DNA of 64,000 nucleotides from Corallococcus exiguus (GTDB lineage Bacteria; Myxococcota; Myxococcia; Myxococcales; Myxococcaceae): NCBI RefSeq assembly GCF_051058965.1, contig NZ_CP183924.1; one strand, 5' to 3'. Shown piece by piece: positions 9,157 to 18,183 of this stretch (position 1 is its first letter; each line of letters starts with the position of its first letter). The notes under the pieces were generated by a model. It saw only the letters and a program-made list of their open reading frames with translations, ran no database searches and was not told where the DNA came from. The position numbers and the translations under genes were made by a program.

Positions 9157-9894
9157 TTGTCACCCGGCCCCGTCCATGCTGGGCTCTCCGCCCCCCTATT
9201 TCGTCCCAGCCCCCGAGTGAAAACCCCGTCCCCCACCGAGCAGCTCGCGCCCCACCGGGAGGCCACGCGCGCCCTGGACTGGGCGCTGCCCACGCTCCGG
9301 GCGGACCTGGCGGCGGCGGCGCGACAGCCCTTCCGGGAGACGGGGGCCCAGGAGGACTTCCTGCACCGCCATGACGCACCGGCCCATGAAGCCCAGGGCC
9401 CTGCGCGGACGGAGCGCCTCGAACGGGCCCTGGACCGGGTGCGGCGGCTCGCGGACATGGGCGAGCCGCTGACCTTCGCCCGGATGGTGGAGGTCCAGTC
9501 GGAGCTCCTGGGCGCGCCCACGGGCTTCCGCACCGGGGACGCCTTCGCGCGGGGAGGCGCGCACCGCTATGCGCAAGCGCCCGGCCTGGAGGCGGCCTTC
9601 CGCGCCAAGGTGGAAGCGGACGCGAGGGAAGAGCGTCATCCAGTGGCACATGCCACGCGGTTGTACCTGGACCTGTGTTTCTTCCACCCCTTCCCGGACG
9701 GCAACGCCCGCGCGGCGCGGCTGTGGCTGGAATACATGCTGCGCCGGGGCCGGCTGCCCACGCCACCGTTGGCGCCCGTGGTGCTGTGGCCCAAGCGTCC
9801 CGGAGACGCGGTGAACTACACACGGCTGGCAAGGCTGCTGGCCCGGACCATCGCGGGGCCGGACGCCCCGTGCCCCAACGAGGTGCCCGAATGA
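9157..9894 (+). CDS. Fic/DOC-family protein (putative AMPylator or toxin)
   Basis: The Fic core motif is present as HPFPDGNARAARLW (HxFx[DE]GNxRxxR). The start is uncertain: TTG at 9157 or GTG at 9217. Confidence 0.7.
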   Translation: MSPGPVHAGLSAPLFRPSPRVKTPSPTEQLAPHREATRALDWALPTLRADLAAAARQPFRETGAQEDFLHRHDAPAHEAQGPARTERLERALDRVRRLADMGEPLTFARMVEVQSELLGAPTGFRTGDAFARGGAHRYAQAPGLEAAFRAKVEADAREERHPVAHATRLYLDLCFFHPFPDGNARAARLWLEYMLRRGRLPTPPLAPVVLWPKRPGDAVNYTRLARLLARTIAGPDAPCPNEVPE

Positions 9895-10556
9895 GCAGTG
9901 ACGCTTCGGCTTTCACGTGGCGCCGCATCCGCGACAGCCTGGATGCCTACGCACCGCAATCGCTGGCGTCCCGGCTGAGGGAGGCCTTGGCCCCCCTTCG
10001 GTCCGGAAGCATCCACGCAAGCCGGCTCAAGCAGGCGAAGAACGCCGTGAAGGACCTGCTCCAGGCCGAGCTGGGGCCCTGGTACATCGAGAGCGGCCTG
10101 CCCCTGGGCAATGAAGTGCTGGGGGGCTATTGCTGGTGTCACTCGTTCTTCAACCAGAACCCGCCGCATCGGACGATGGACGTGGATGCGAACATCCAGC
10201 TCATGCTGGAGGCGCTGGAGCGGATCCGTTCGTTTCTGTACGCGCTGGACGGCGTGTATCAGGCCGCGCGCCGTCAGCTCGAGTTGGCGGCCGACGACAA
10301 GGCTCTCCGGGCGAAGGCGCTCGCGGAAGGGCTGGTGCGGACCGTGGACCTGACGACGGAGACGACGTCCTGCGAGGAGACCTGGTACCAGGTCGCGCAG
10401 GACGCCATGTCGTGGTGCATCGAGGCGATGGGACTGCCCTTGTCGGATGCCACCCAGGAGCAGTTGGACACGGCCTTCGTCTTCACGTCCTGGATTGCGC
10501 CTCCTCCGGAGGTCCTCCGGGACGCGGCGGCGCGGGTGGCGGAGGTGGCCGTATGA
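9891..10556 (+). CDS. Hypothetical protein. This is paralog 1 of a tandem pair downstream of Fic, with a conserved LGPWYxExGLxLGNExxGGYCWCHxFF core.
   Basis: ATG at 9891 overlaps the Fic stop (ATGA). It is 221 aa with no recognisable domain. Confidence 0.6.
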   Translation: MSSDASAFTWRRIRDSLDAYAPQSLASRLREALAPLRSGSIHASRLKQAKNAVKDLLQAELGPWYIESGLPLGNEVLGGYCWCHSFFNQNPPHRTMDVDANIQLMLEALERIRSFLYALDGVYQAARRQLELAADDKALRAKALAEGLVRTVDLTTETTSCEETWYQVAQDAMSWCIEAMGLPLSDATQEQLDTAFVFTSWIAPPPEVLRDAAARVAEVAV

Positions 10557-11248
10557 GCCGTTCGGCGCTGGGGCACTGGCTGCGCATCCGCGACAGCCTG
10601 GACGGGTATGAGCCGGAGAAGCTCATCCGGCTGCTGCGCGAATACCTGGCGCCGCGCGTGCCCCCGGGGACACGCAAGCTCACGGACGAGCAGCACGACA
10701 CGATGGCGAAGCACATCCAGCGGATGCTCAACCAGAACCTGGGGCCCTGGTACACGGAGACGGGCCTGTATCTGGGCAATGAGAGCTTCGGCGGCTACTG
10801 CTGGTGCCACCGTTTCTTCAGACAGAAGCCGACCCCGAACATGAGCGTGGAATACAACATCCAGCTCATCATCAACGCGCTGGAGCAGTCGCGCGAATGG
10901 CTGTTCAAGCTGGATGCCCACTTCCAGGCGCTGAAGCGGGACCTGCCGTCCGGCCCCGGCGACAATGACATCCGGACGCTGGCGTTGGCGGATGGACTCG
11001 TCACCACGATGAACCTCACCATGGACGCCACGGGCTGCGAGGAGTCCTGGTACACCTTCGCGGACGAAGCGCTGTCCTGGATGTTCGACGCCATCGAACT
11101 GCGCCCCGGCTATCAGGCCGGGAAGCTGATGCGGAAGCTGTTCGCCTTCGAGTCCTGGCACTCGCCGCCCGAAGCGGAGCTGCGTGACTCGGCGGAGAAG
11201 GTGGCGGCGGCCGTCGTGGAAGACGAGGGCCGCCGGCACACACATTGA
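10553..11248 (+). CDS. Hypothetical protein. This is paralog 2 of the tandem pair, sharing the GGYCWCH core.
   Basis: ATG at 10553 overlaps the paralog-1 stop (ATGA). MSRSALGHWLRIRDSLDGYEP aligns with MSSDASAFTWRRIRDSLDAYAP of paralog 1, and the shared ...NIQL...ESWY... stretch is also present. Confidence 0.6.
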   Translation: MSRSALGHWLRIRDSLDGYEPEKLIRLLREYLAPRVPPGTRKLTDEQHDTMAKHIQRMLNQNLGPWYTETGLYLGNESFGGYCWCHRFFRQKPTPNMSVEYNIQLIINALEQSREWLFKLDAHFQALKRDLPSGPGDNDIRTLALADGLVTTMNLTMDATGCEESWYTFADEALSWMFDAIELRPGYQAGKLMRKLFAFESWHSPPEAELRDSAEKVAAAVVEDEGRRHTH

Positions 11249-11264
11249 TCCGCGCGCCCCTCCC

Positions 11265-11933
11265 TCAGTGGATGGGCTTGCCGCGCGTCATCCGCCGGGC
11301 CTGCTCGCGCGAGCCGCCCTTCACCTCGATGCGCTTGCCCTGGGGCAGTTCCTCCGGAAGCCGCAGGGAGACCTCCAGGACGCCGTTCTCGAAGTTCGCC
11401 TGGATCGACTCCGTGTCGATGCCTTCCGGGAGCGGGATGACGCGGCGGAACTGACCGGTGCTGCGCTCCAGGCTCCAGATGCCCTCGGCCTCCTCTTCCT
11501 CCTCCAGTTCGAAGGAGCGTTCGCCTTCGATGATGAGCAGGTCCTTCAGCACCTCGACGTGGATGTCCTCCCGCCGCATTCCTGGCAGGTCGGCCTTCAC
11601 GATGAGGCTCCCGTTCCGCTCCAGCACATCCACCTGCGGTGACCAGAGGCCCTCCTCCAGCAGGCCGCTCCGAGCGGTGAGGCCCCGGCCTCCGAAGCCG
11701 GAGACGAGCTGGTCCATGTCCTCCATCATCCGGCGCAGCAGCCCGAACGGACTCGCGGGCGCGGCTTCCCTGCCGATGGCCGGTGCCTGCGACTCGCGGC
11801 GGCTGATGCCAGCGCCCGTCCTCGGGTCCTGTCCCGGCGACGTGGCGCTCGGCACCTCGGCCTGGGCGTTCTTCATGACAGGCGAGGAGGAGGCCCCCCC
11901 CTGCGCGCCTGGGTTCCTGTTATCGGTTGCCAT
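11265..11933 (-). CDS. Hsp20/alpha-crystallin family small heat-shock protein
   Basis: The ACD domain reads WSPQVDVLERNGSLIVKADLPGMRREDIHVEVLKDLLIIEGER...SGQFRRVIPLPEGIDTESIQANFENGVLEVSL, preceded by a disordered N-terminus. Start at MATDNRNP. Confidence 0.85.
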   Translation of the reverse strand: MATDNRNPGAQGGASSSPVMKNAQAEVPSATSPGQDPRTGAGISRRESQAPAIGREAAPASPFGLLRRMMEDMDQLVSGFGGRGLTARSGLLEEGLWSPQVDVLERNGSLIVKADLPGMRREDIHVEVLKDLLIIEGERSFELEEEEEAEGIWSLERSTGQFRRVIPLPEGIDTESIQANFENGVLEVSLRLPEELPQGKRIEVKGGSREQARRMTRGKPIH

Positions 11934-12087
11934 GACGTCCTCCCCCGGTGGAGCCGGCTGCCGCCTGGCCGCCGGACCGCACCGGTCACTCAATCGGGGA
12001 TGGAATCATCCCAACCTCGAACCTGGAGGTGCGCGGCGAAGCCATCAAGGGGCCCGGCACCGCGGTCCGTCATGCGCGTGAGCTTCG

Positions 12088-12975
12088 CTATGCGAGCAGC
12101 GTGGCGTCCATCACGGTGAGGGCCACTCCACCGACGCGGGCGCGTTCGATCTGGCCTGGTCGGCCGGTGACCTGGATGTCGATGCGACCCGGCTTGCCGA
12201 GCGTGTCGCCCTGTTCAATGCGACTCGACACCGTGCCGCCGTGCTCCGGCAGGCGAAGGCTCCCGTGCTCGGCGAGGTAAGCCGCGAGCGGTCCCGCGGC
12301 GGAGCCCGTCACGGGGTCCTCCAGGATGCCGAAGCCCGGGACGAAGTAGCGCGCCTGGGCAACGCTCCCCTCCTCCTTCGCTTCGCGGGTGAAGAGGTAG
12401 ACGCCGCGCAAGCCGTGCGGCATCAGCAGCGCGTTCATCGCCGCGCCTCGCGGCGTCAGGGCCTCCAGGTCCGCGAGCCGCCGGAGGGGCACCACCAACC
12501 GGTGGCCCTGGCGGATCACCGGCAGTGACGGGTCCACCTGCGACGCGGTCCCGCCCAACGTGGCCATCAGCGCGTCCAGGGCCACGGGGTTGGGCTGCAC
12601 GGGAGGCGGGGGCGTGGCGATCCACACCCGAGTCCCACGCGTGCCCTGGGGCTCCAGCTCGATGCCGAACGTGCCGCCGGGGCACTCCAGCGTGTACGTC
12701 CCTGGGCTTCGCAGGAGTTCCTTCTCCGCGAGCAGGTGGAAGGTGGCCACCGTGGCGTGGCCGCAGAAGGGAATCTCGTCCACGGGCGTGAAGTAGCGCA
12801 GGCGCACGGTGGCGTCACCGGGCCGGGACAGCAGGAACGCGGTCTCCGACGCGCTGACGGCCGCGGCGGTCCGCTGCATCGTGGGGACATCCAGCGCCGA
12901 GGCGTCGAGCACCACGCCCGCGCGATTTCCCGCACCGGCGGTGCGGGTGAAGGCATCGATGATGTGAACCTGCAT
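12088..12975 (-). CDS. PhzF-family phenazine-biosynthesis-like isomerase
   Basis: MQVHIIDAFTRTAGAGNRAGVVLD...FLLSRPGDATVRLRYFTPVDEIPFCGHATVATFH...FVPGFGILEDPVTGSAAGPLAAYL is PhzF/DAP-epimerase-like. The longer 12567..14582 minus-strand ORF is spurious. Confidence 0.85.
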   Translation of the reverse strand: MQVHIIDAFTRTAGAGNRAGVVLDASALDVPTMQRTAAAVSASETAFLLSRPGDATVRLRYFTPVDEIPFCGHATVATFHLLAEKELLRSPGTYTLECPGGTFGIELEPQGTRGTRVWIATPPPPVQPNPVALDALMATLGGTASQVDPSLPVIRQGHRLVVPLRRLADLEALTPRGAAMNALLMPHGLRGVYLFTREAKEEGSVAQARYFVPGFGILEDPVTGSAAGPLAAYLAEHGSLRLPEHGGTVSSRIEQGDTLGKPGRIDIQVTGRPGQIERARVGGVALTVMDATLLA

Positions 12976-13118
12976 GGGCGGACTCCGGACAGGGCAAGGG
13001 CCTGGGAAACAGCGCAGGCATGCCCCTCCTGGACCGTTGGCGTCAAGCGCTGGACCGACGCACCGGAGCCCCACAACAGGGTTGAACGAGAGCGCCAGAG
13101 CAGGCACAGCAAGGATGC

Positions 13119-13895
13119 ATGAATCTCCTGAAGTCGGGTGGGTGGGTGGTGCTGGTGGTGTTGCTCCACGCGAGCGGCGCGGCGGCACAGATCGTCAACG
13201 TGCAGGCGCTCTTCGACGAGAAGGCGGAGCCGGGGCCGGCCGCGGCCATCGAGTTGGGCGGCGACTGGCGCACGGGCAGCACGGAGCTGTTCTCCATTCG
13301 GGGCTCCCTGGTGGGCCAGCTGCGCTCCGAGCGTGACGTCTGGCTGGGCGTCATCCGGGGTGAGTATTCGTTCGCCAGCGGCGAGCGCATCGTCAGCCAG
13401 GTGCTGGAGCACGTGCGCTACCGGCGCAAGCTCACGGACACGGTGTCGGGCGAGATCTTCGCGCAGCACGAATACAACGAGTTCCGCCGGCTCCAGCTCC
13501 GGATCCTGCTGGGCGCGGGACCGCGCTTCATCCTGCTCAACGAGGACCGCCTGGGGCTCACCTTCGGGGTGGCGCTGATGCTGGAGCACGAGCGGCTGCG
13601 CAAGGACGGAGAGCCGGACGCGGGAGACCGCTACACGGATCCGCGAGTCTCCAGCTACCTGCTGGGACGGATAAAGCTGATGGAGAACATCAACCTCGTG
13701 GAGACGGTCTACATCCAGCCGCGAGTCACCCGTCCCTCCGACCTGCGCGTGCTCAACGAGACGATCTTCGCGGTGACACCCAATCCCCGCGTCACAGTGG
13801 GCATCGGGTTCAACCTCACCTACGACAGCGCGCCGCCCGCGACAGTGCCCGCCCTGGACACGCAGCTGCGCACCACGGTGGGTGTGAAGCTTTGA
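13119..13895 (+). CDS. Putative outer-membrane beta-barrel protein (DUF481-like)
   Basis: A signal peptide (MNLLKSGGWVVLVVLLHASGAAAQ) is followed by alternating amphipathic beta-strand-like segments. The C-terminus ends ...TTVGVKL. Confidence 0.5.
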   Translation: MNLLKSGGWVVLVVLLHASGAAAQIVNVQALFDEKAEPGPAAAIELGGDWRTGSTELFSIRGSLVGQLRSERDVWLGVIRGEYSFASGERIVSQVLEHVRYRRKLTDTVSGEIFAQHEYNEFRRLQLRILLGAGPRFILLNEDRLGLTFGVALMLEHERLRKDGEPDAGDRYTDPRVSSYLLGRIKLMENINLVETVYIQPRVTRPSDLRVLNETIFAVTPNPRVTVGIGFNLTYDSAPPATVPALDTQLRTTVGVKL

Positions 13896-14298
13896 GTGGG
13901 TGGCAAGTAGCGCGTTGACGAACCGGGCGCGGAAGCAAGGCTCGGGAGGAAGCATCTTCTCCAGCGTCAACGGCTCATCCACGGTCACCGCGCGCGGCGT
14001 GCGCCTGGGGCGCTGCACCACCAGGCCCCGCGCCGCGATCCACCGAAGCGCGTCGCGCGCTGTGTCCCGGAATACGGAATAGAGACGCGCCAGCTTCGCT
14101 TCCGATCCGAATCGCGCACGGGCCGTCAGTCCCCCCAGCGAAAGCCCGCGCTCGAACTGCGCCCCCACATCCGCCACGCTCCCCACTCGCACCATCCCCA
14201 TCCCCTCTTCGCCCCAGCATCGCCATCCAACCACAGGGGTCTGACATGGACTCGACGTCACCCGTCGGGCCAGCACGGCCCCGGACCCCATGCGGCGA

Positions 14299-14350
14299 AA
14301 ACCTGTCCGACTGTCGGACAAGTTTTGAGGAAACCGGCTCCGGGCGGGCG
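14299..14350. repeat. Copy A of an approximately 52-bp intergenic repeat. It contains the palindrome ACCTGTCCGAC-T-GTCGGACAAGT.
   Basis: aaacctgtccgactgtcggacaagttttgaggaaaccggctccgggcgggcg. The perfect inverted repeat is TGTCCGAC T GTCGGACA. Confidence 0.7.
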
Positions 14351-14437
14351 CCGCTGTCCGTGTCATCACCTTGGCGTTGGCACGCCCGACGTCGCTCAAT
14401 GGCGGGGCTGGCGTGGCCCCGGGCCTCATGCAGTGGA

Positions 14438-14490
14438 AACCTGTCCGACTGTCGGACAAGTTTGGAGGTAACCGGCCCCGGGCGGACGCC
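14438..14490. repeat. Copy B of the same palindrome-containing repeat, 139 bp downstream of copy A.
   Basis: aaacctgtccgactgtcggacaagtttggaggtaaccggccccgggcggacgcc. Both copies lie in the 745-bp intergenic region upstream of proC. Confidence 0.7.
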
Positions 14491-14640
14491 TCTCTTCGTG
14501 GGCCCGCCCCACCGTCCGCGCCTGCATCCCGTCGTTCCCCATTGCCGCACCCCGCCAAGGCGCGCGCCGTCGCGGAGACCACAGGGTCACGGAGCCTGTT
14601 GGCGAACTCCTGGCGGCCTACCTGAGGTTAGGCTTCAGTC

Positions 14641-15492
14641 ATGGCGTCCCCCTCCATTCCCGCCCCCGTCGTCCTTTTGGGAGGCGGCAAGATCGCCGAA
14701 GCCCTCATCCTGGGACTGTTGCGGTCCGGCCACGTACGTCCTTCGGACCTTCGCGTCACGGTGCGCCGGCCCGAGCGCGGAGAGGAATTGCGCTCCCGGC
14801 ACGGCGTGCACGTCCTCGTGGACAACGCGCAGGCGGTGCGGGGCGCGGCCGTAGTCGTGCTGGCGGTGCGACAGGCGCAGCTGCGGGACCTGATGGCGGT
14901 CATCTCGCCTGCCTTGGAACCTGGGCAGACCGTGGTGTCGCTCTCCGCGGACGTGCGACTCGCGCAGTTGGAAGCGGCGTTGCCATCCAGCGTCTCTGTC
15001 ATCCGCGCCCTGCCCCATACGCCCGTGCGCGTGGGAGCAGGCGTGACGCCCCTGTCGGCCGGAACTCGGGCGACGGAAGCCGCGAGACAGGCCACCGAGT
15101 CCGTCTTCGCGGCGACGGGACGGCCCATGTGGATGACCGAGGAAGCGCTCACGGTCTGCACGGGCGTGTGCGGCACGGGCCCCGCGTATGTCTTCCGCTT
15201 CGTGGAGGCCCTGGCCCAGGCCGCGATGGCGCACGGAATGGACGCGGCGGAGGCGGCGGCACTCGCGAAGGAAACGCTCATTGGCGCGGCGAAGCTGTTG
15301 GCCGAACCCGGCGCCACCACCCCTCGCCTCATCACGGAGATAGCGACCCCGGGAGGCATCACCGAGGCGGGCCTGATGGCGATGGACTCCCACGGCCTCC
15401 CTCGCGTCGTGGGCGAAGCGGTCTCCGTCGCCATCCAGCGCACCCGGGAGCGCGCGGACGCGAACGCCGCGGCCTACAGCGCGCCGAAATGA
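14641..15492 (+). CDS. proC: Pyrroline-5-carboxylate reductase
   Basis: VVLLGGGKIAEALILGLLRSG is the Rossmann part. ...ALPHTPVRVGAGVT...EEALTVCTGVCGTGPAYVFRFVEALAQAAMAHGMDAAEAAALAKETLIGAAKLL is the P5CR dimerisation domain. Confidence 0.9.
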   Translation: MASPSIPAPVVLLGGGKIAEALILGLLRSGHVRPSDLRVTVRRPERGEELRSRHGVHVLVDNAQAVRGAAVVVLAVRQAQLRDLMAVISPALEPGQTVVSLSADVRLAQLEAALPSSVSVIRALPHTPVRVGAGVTPLSAGTRATEAARQATESVFAATGRPMWMTEEALTVCTGVCGTGPAYVFRFVEALAQAAMAHGMDAAEAAALAKETLIGAAKLLAEPGATTPRLITEIATPGGITEAGLMAMDSHGLPRVVGEAVSVAIQRTRERADANAAAYSAPK

Positions 15493-16157
15493 CGCTTGAT
15501 CCCCCGCTGGCCTCCAGGCGTGACGATGAGGCCGCGAGAGTCGGGCTGACGTTCCACCCATCCCAATGAGAACACCCGGGCGGCGAGCGCCGCGCCCAGC
15601 GCCCCTGCAAGGTGGTCGCGCCGCTCGCTCCAGTCCAGGCAGCGGTGGGCGAAGTGGCGCCGCTGCTCGCGCACGGGCGCCAGGTCGATTCCGAAGTCCT
15701 GGAACCACGCCTCGCCGCTCGGGGTGAGCGCGAACGCGCGTTTACGAAGGGCGAGATGCCCGGCCCGCAGGAGCGCGTCGGTGATGCCCATGCCCAATCT
15801 GCCCGCAAGATGGTCGTAGCAGTAGCGCGCGGCACGCAGGGGTTCCGGAGTCACTGACGCACGGGGTCCACGGACCGCCACGGTCATCAGCGCTTCCACC
15901 ATCCGCGCCACGGTGGGCGTGGCGATCCGGAACACCTTGTTGCGCCCCTGCCGGGTGGCGCGGACCAGCCGGGCCTGCTCCAGCCGCTGAAGGTGCGCGG
16001 TCGCCGTCGCGGGGCTGACGCCCGTGCCGAACGCGAGTTCCTTCGCGATGAGCGCCCGTCCCTCCATGAGCAGCTCCAGCATCCGGATCCGCGTGGCGTC
16101 CCCCACGGCCGTCGCCAGCGTCGTGAGGTCCGGCCCTGCATTCATCGTTCGTTCCAT
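15474..16157 (-). CDS. ArsR-family (wHTH) transcriptional regulator with a C-terminal extension
   Basis: LATAVGDATRIRMLELLMEGRALIAKELAFGTGVSPATATAHLQRLEQARLVRATRQGRNKVFRI matches the ArsR/SmtB HTH. It is divergent from the P450 gene. Start at MERTMNAG. Confidence 0.8.
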   Translation of the reverse strand: MERTMNAGPDLTTLATAVGDATRIRMLELLMEGRALIAKELAFGTGVSPATATAHLQRLEQARLVRATRQGRNKVFRIATPTVARMVEALMTVAVRGPRASVTPEPLRAARYCYDHLAGRLGMGITDALLRAGHLALRKRAFALTPSGEAWFQDFGIDLAPVREQRRHFAHRCLDWSERRDHLAGALGAALAARVFSLGWVERQPDSRGLIVTPGGQRGIKRHFGAL

Positions 16158-16220
16158 GACGAACCATTTTCTAACACACGGACACGGCAACGGCAGCAGA
16201 GTGCCCGGCCACGAGGACCG

Positions 16221-17342
16221 ATGACACCACCCACCGACCCGTATCAGGCCGTCACCCACACCGACCCGTACCCCTACTACGCGGGGCTTCGCGCCCGGGG
16301 AGGACTGCACCGCGTCCCCGGCTTCGGGCCATGGATCGCGGCGGATGCGGCCACCGTCCGCGCGGTGCTCACGAGCGAGCACTGTCGGGTCCGGCCACTG
16401 TCGGAGCCGGTGCCTCCGCATCTGGTGGGCACCGCCGCCGGGGCCCTCTTTGGCCGGCTGGTGCGGATGAACGACGGAGGCTCCTACCCCGCCGTGAAGC
16501 AGACGCTTTCACGCGCATTGCCGGAGGCGCTGTGTGAGGTCGAAGCGGAGAGCCGCCGCTGGGCGGCACGGCTGTTCGCGACGCCATCACTGTCTCGGCT
16601 GCCGGACACCGCCCTCCAGCTTCCCGTGTTCGTGCTGGGGTCGCTGCTGGGCTTCCCGGAAGACACGCTGGAGGCGAGCGTGCAGGACGTGGATGCCTAT
16701 GTCCGCTCGGCCGCCGGTCCTCCTGCGGGCAGTGAGGGTGCGGCGAGGCTGAACGAACGCGTGGCGGCCTGCTTCCAGTCCACGGCGAGGACCGCGTTCA
16801 CGACGCGGCTTCTGGAAGGCCATGGCTCGGAGGACCTGCGCATCCCGAACGCCGTGGGCCTGCTCACCCAGGCATATGAAGCGACGGCCGGGCTCCTGGG
16901 CGCGACGCTGCGGGCCTTCGCTCACGTGCCCGAGTTGCGCGAGCAGCTCTCACATGGCGCGTGCACGATGGACGACGTGGTCCAGGAAGCGGCTCGACAC
17001 GATTCGCCGGTCCAGAACACGCGACGCTTCACCCATGCCGCCGCGACCATCGCGGGTCAGGCGCTGGAAGCCGGCGCGACCGTGGTCGTCGTGCTCGCCG
17101 CCGCGAATCGGGATCCACTCGAGAATCCCCGGCCCGACGCCTTCCTGCCAAAGCGCGCGCGGCGCCAGAGCTTCACCTTCGGCCTGGGCTCGCATGCCTG
17201 CCCCGGGCCCCTGCTCGCGACGACGATGGCAAAGGCGGCGGCGGAGCGTGTGCTCGCGAGCGGCCTGGACCTGTCACCGTTGTCGGGCCCCGTCACCTGG
17301 CGTGCTTCCACCAATGCCCGCGTCCTGGGAGGACTGGAATGA
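16221..17342 (+). CDS. Cytochrome P450
   Basis: Heme-binding loop FTFGLGSHACPG (FxxGxHxCxG). The ExxR-like motif is QEAARHDSP. Start at MTPPTDPYQ. Confidence 0.85.
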   Translation: MTPPTDPYQAVTHTDPYPYYAGLRARGGLHRVPGFGPWIAADAATVRAVLTSEHCRVRPLSEPVPPHLVGTAAGALFGRLVRMNDGGSYPAVKQTLSRALPEALCEVEAESRRWAARLFATPSLSRLPDTALQLPVFVLGSLLGFPEDTLEASVQDVDAYVRSAAGPPAGSEGAARLNERVAACFQSTARTAFTTRLLEGHGSEDLRIPNAVGLLTQAYEATAGLLGATLRAFAHVPELREQLSHGACTMDDVVQEAARHDSPVQNTRRFTHAAATIAGQALEAGATVVVVLAAANRDPLENPRPDAFLPKRARRQSFTFGLGSHACPGPLLATTMAKAAAERVLASGLDLSPLSGPVTWRASTNARVLGGLE

Positions 17343-17683
17343 TTGCTGTCATCTTCGAGGTCTGGACACACGAGTCGCATCGGCAGCGATACCTGGACCT
17401 CGCGGCGGAGCTGCGGCCCCTGCTGGCGGACATCGACGGCTTCATCTCCATCGAGCGGTTCCAGAGCCTCAGCACCCCGGGGAAGATGCTTTCCCTGTCG
17501 TACTGGCGCGACGAGGCGGCGGTGGCGGAGTGGCGGCGACAGGAGGCCCACCGTGAGGCCCAGCGCGAAGGCCGAGGAGGCGTGTTCAGCGACTACCGCC
17601 TGCGGGTGGCGCACGTCGTGAGGGATTACGGCTTGAAGGACCGGGCGGCCGTGCCCGCCGACAGTCGCACCGTGCACGACTGA
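17339..17683 (+). CDS. ABM-domain monooxygenase-like protein, translationally coupled to the P450
   Basis: ATG at 17339 overlaps the P450 stop (ATGA). MIAVIFEVWTHESHRQRYLDLAAELRPLLADIDGFISIERFQSL...SYWRDEAAVAEWR is the ABM pattern. Confidence 0.7.
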   Translation: MIAVIFEVWTHESHRQRYLDLAAELRPLLADIDGFISIERFQSLSTPGKMLSLSYWRDEAAVAEWRRQEAHREAQREGRGGVFSDYRLRVAHVVRDYGLKDRAAVPADSRTVHD

Positions 17684-17766
17684 CGCGGCCGGCGCACGGC
17701 GGCTGTCTTCCCGCCCGTCCCTCCCATGCGGGCCATGACTCCCCCACCTTCTTTGGGGGGTGAACG

Positions 17767-18165
17767 ATGAAGCGAGGCCATTGGAGAGGTGCCTGGGGGC
17801 TGGCTGCCGCGCTGCTCGGGCTTCCGGCGGTGGGGCAGATGGAAGGCCCACCCGAGGGTGCGTCGCAATACTCCTGCTTCGAAGCGGCGCGCCAGGGCAG
17901 CTCGGTGAGCGAGAGCATCGCGGCGCAGCTCTGCCAGGGTGCCCGTTCCGACACCCCGGCACGGTGCTTCCTCCGGGTGCAGGAGAAAGGCTTCCTCGCC
18001 GACCCGCAGGCGCTCCAGCTCTGCCAGTACGCCCAGCCCTCGGATGATCCCGCGGCCTGCTTCTTCAAGGCGCGGACCTCCTCGTTCCTGGACGAGACAC
18101 AGCTCCTGGAGCTCTGCCGCCCGCCCATCGCGCAGATGCTGAAGATGTGCCCCTACGGTCCGTGA
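17767..18165 (+). CDS. Small secreted protein with three approximately 28-aa CF...LC repeats
   Basis: The signal peptide is MKRGHWRGAWGLAAALLGLPAVGQ. The three repeats are CFEAARQGSSVSESIAAQLCQ, CFLRVQEKGFLADPQALQLCQ and CFFKARTSSFLDETQLLELC. Confidence 0.45.
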   Translation: MKRGHWRGAWGLAAALLGLPAVGQMEGPPEGASQYSCFEAARQGSSVSESIAAQLCQGARSDTPARCFLRVQEKGFLADPQALQLCQYAQPSDDPAACFFKARTSSFLDETQLLELCRPPIAQMLKMCPYGP

Positions 18166-18183
18166 GGCTTCAGGCCGTGGGGC

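Noticed and set aside
12567-14582. 671-aa minus-strand ORF spanning the PhzF gene, the OM-protein gene and the intergenic repeats
   Set aside because: Low-complexity Arg/Ala/Gly-rich translation. It overlaps two well-supported genes on both strands. It is a typical spurious long ORF in approximately 70% GC DNA.
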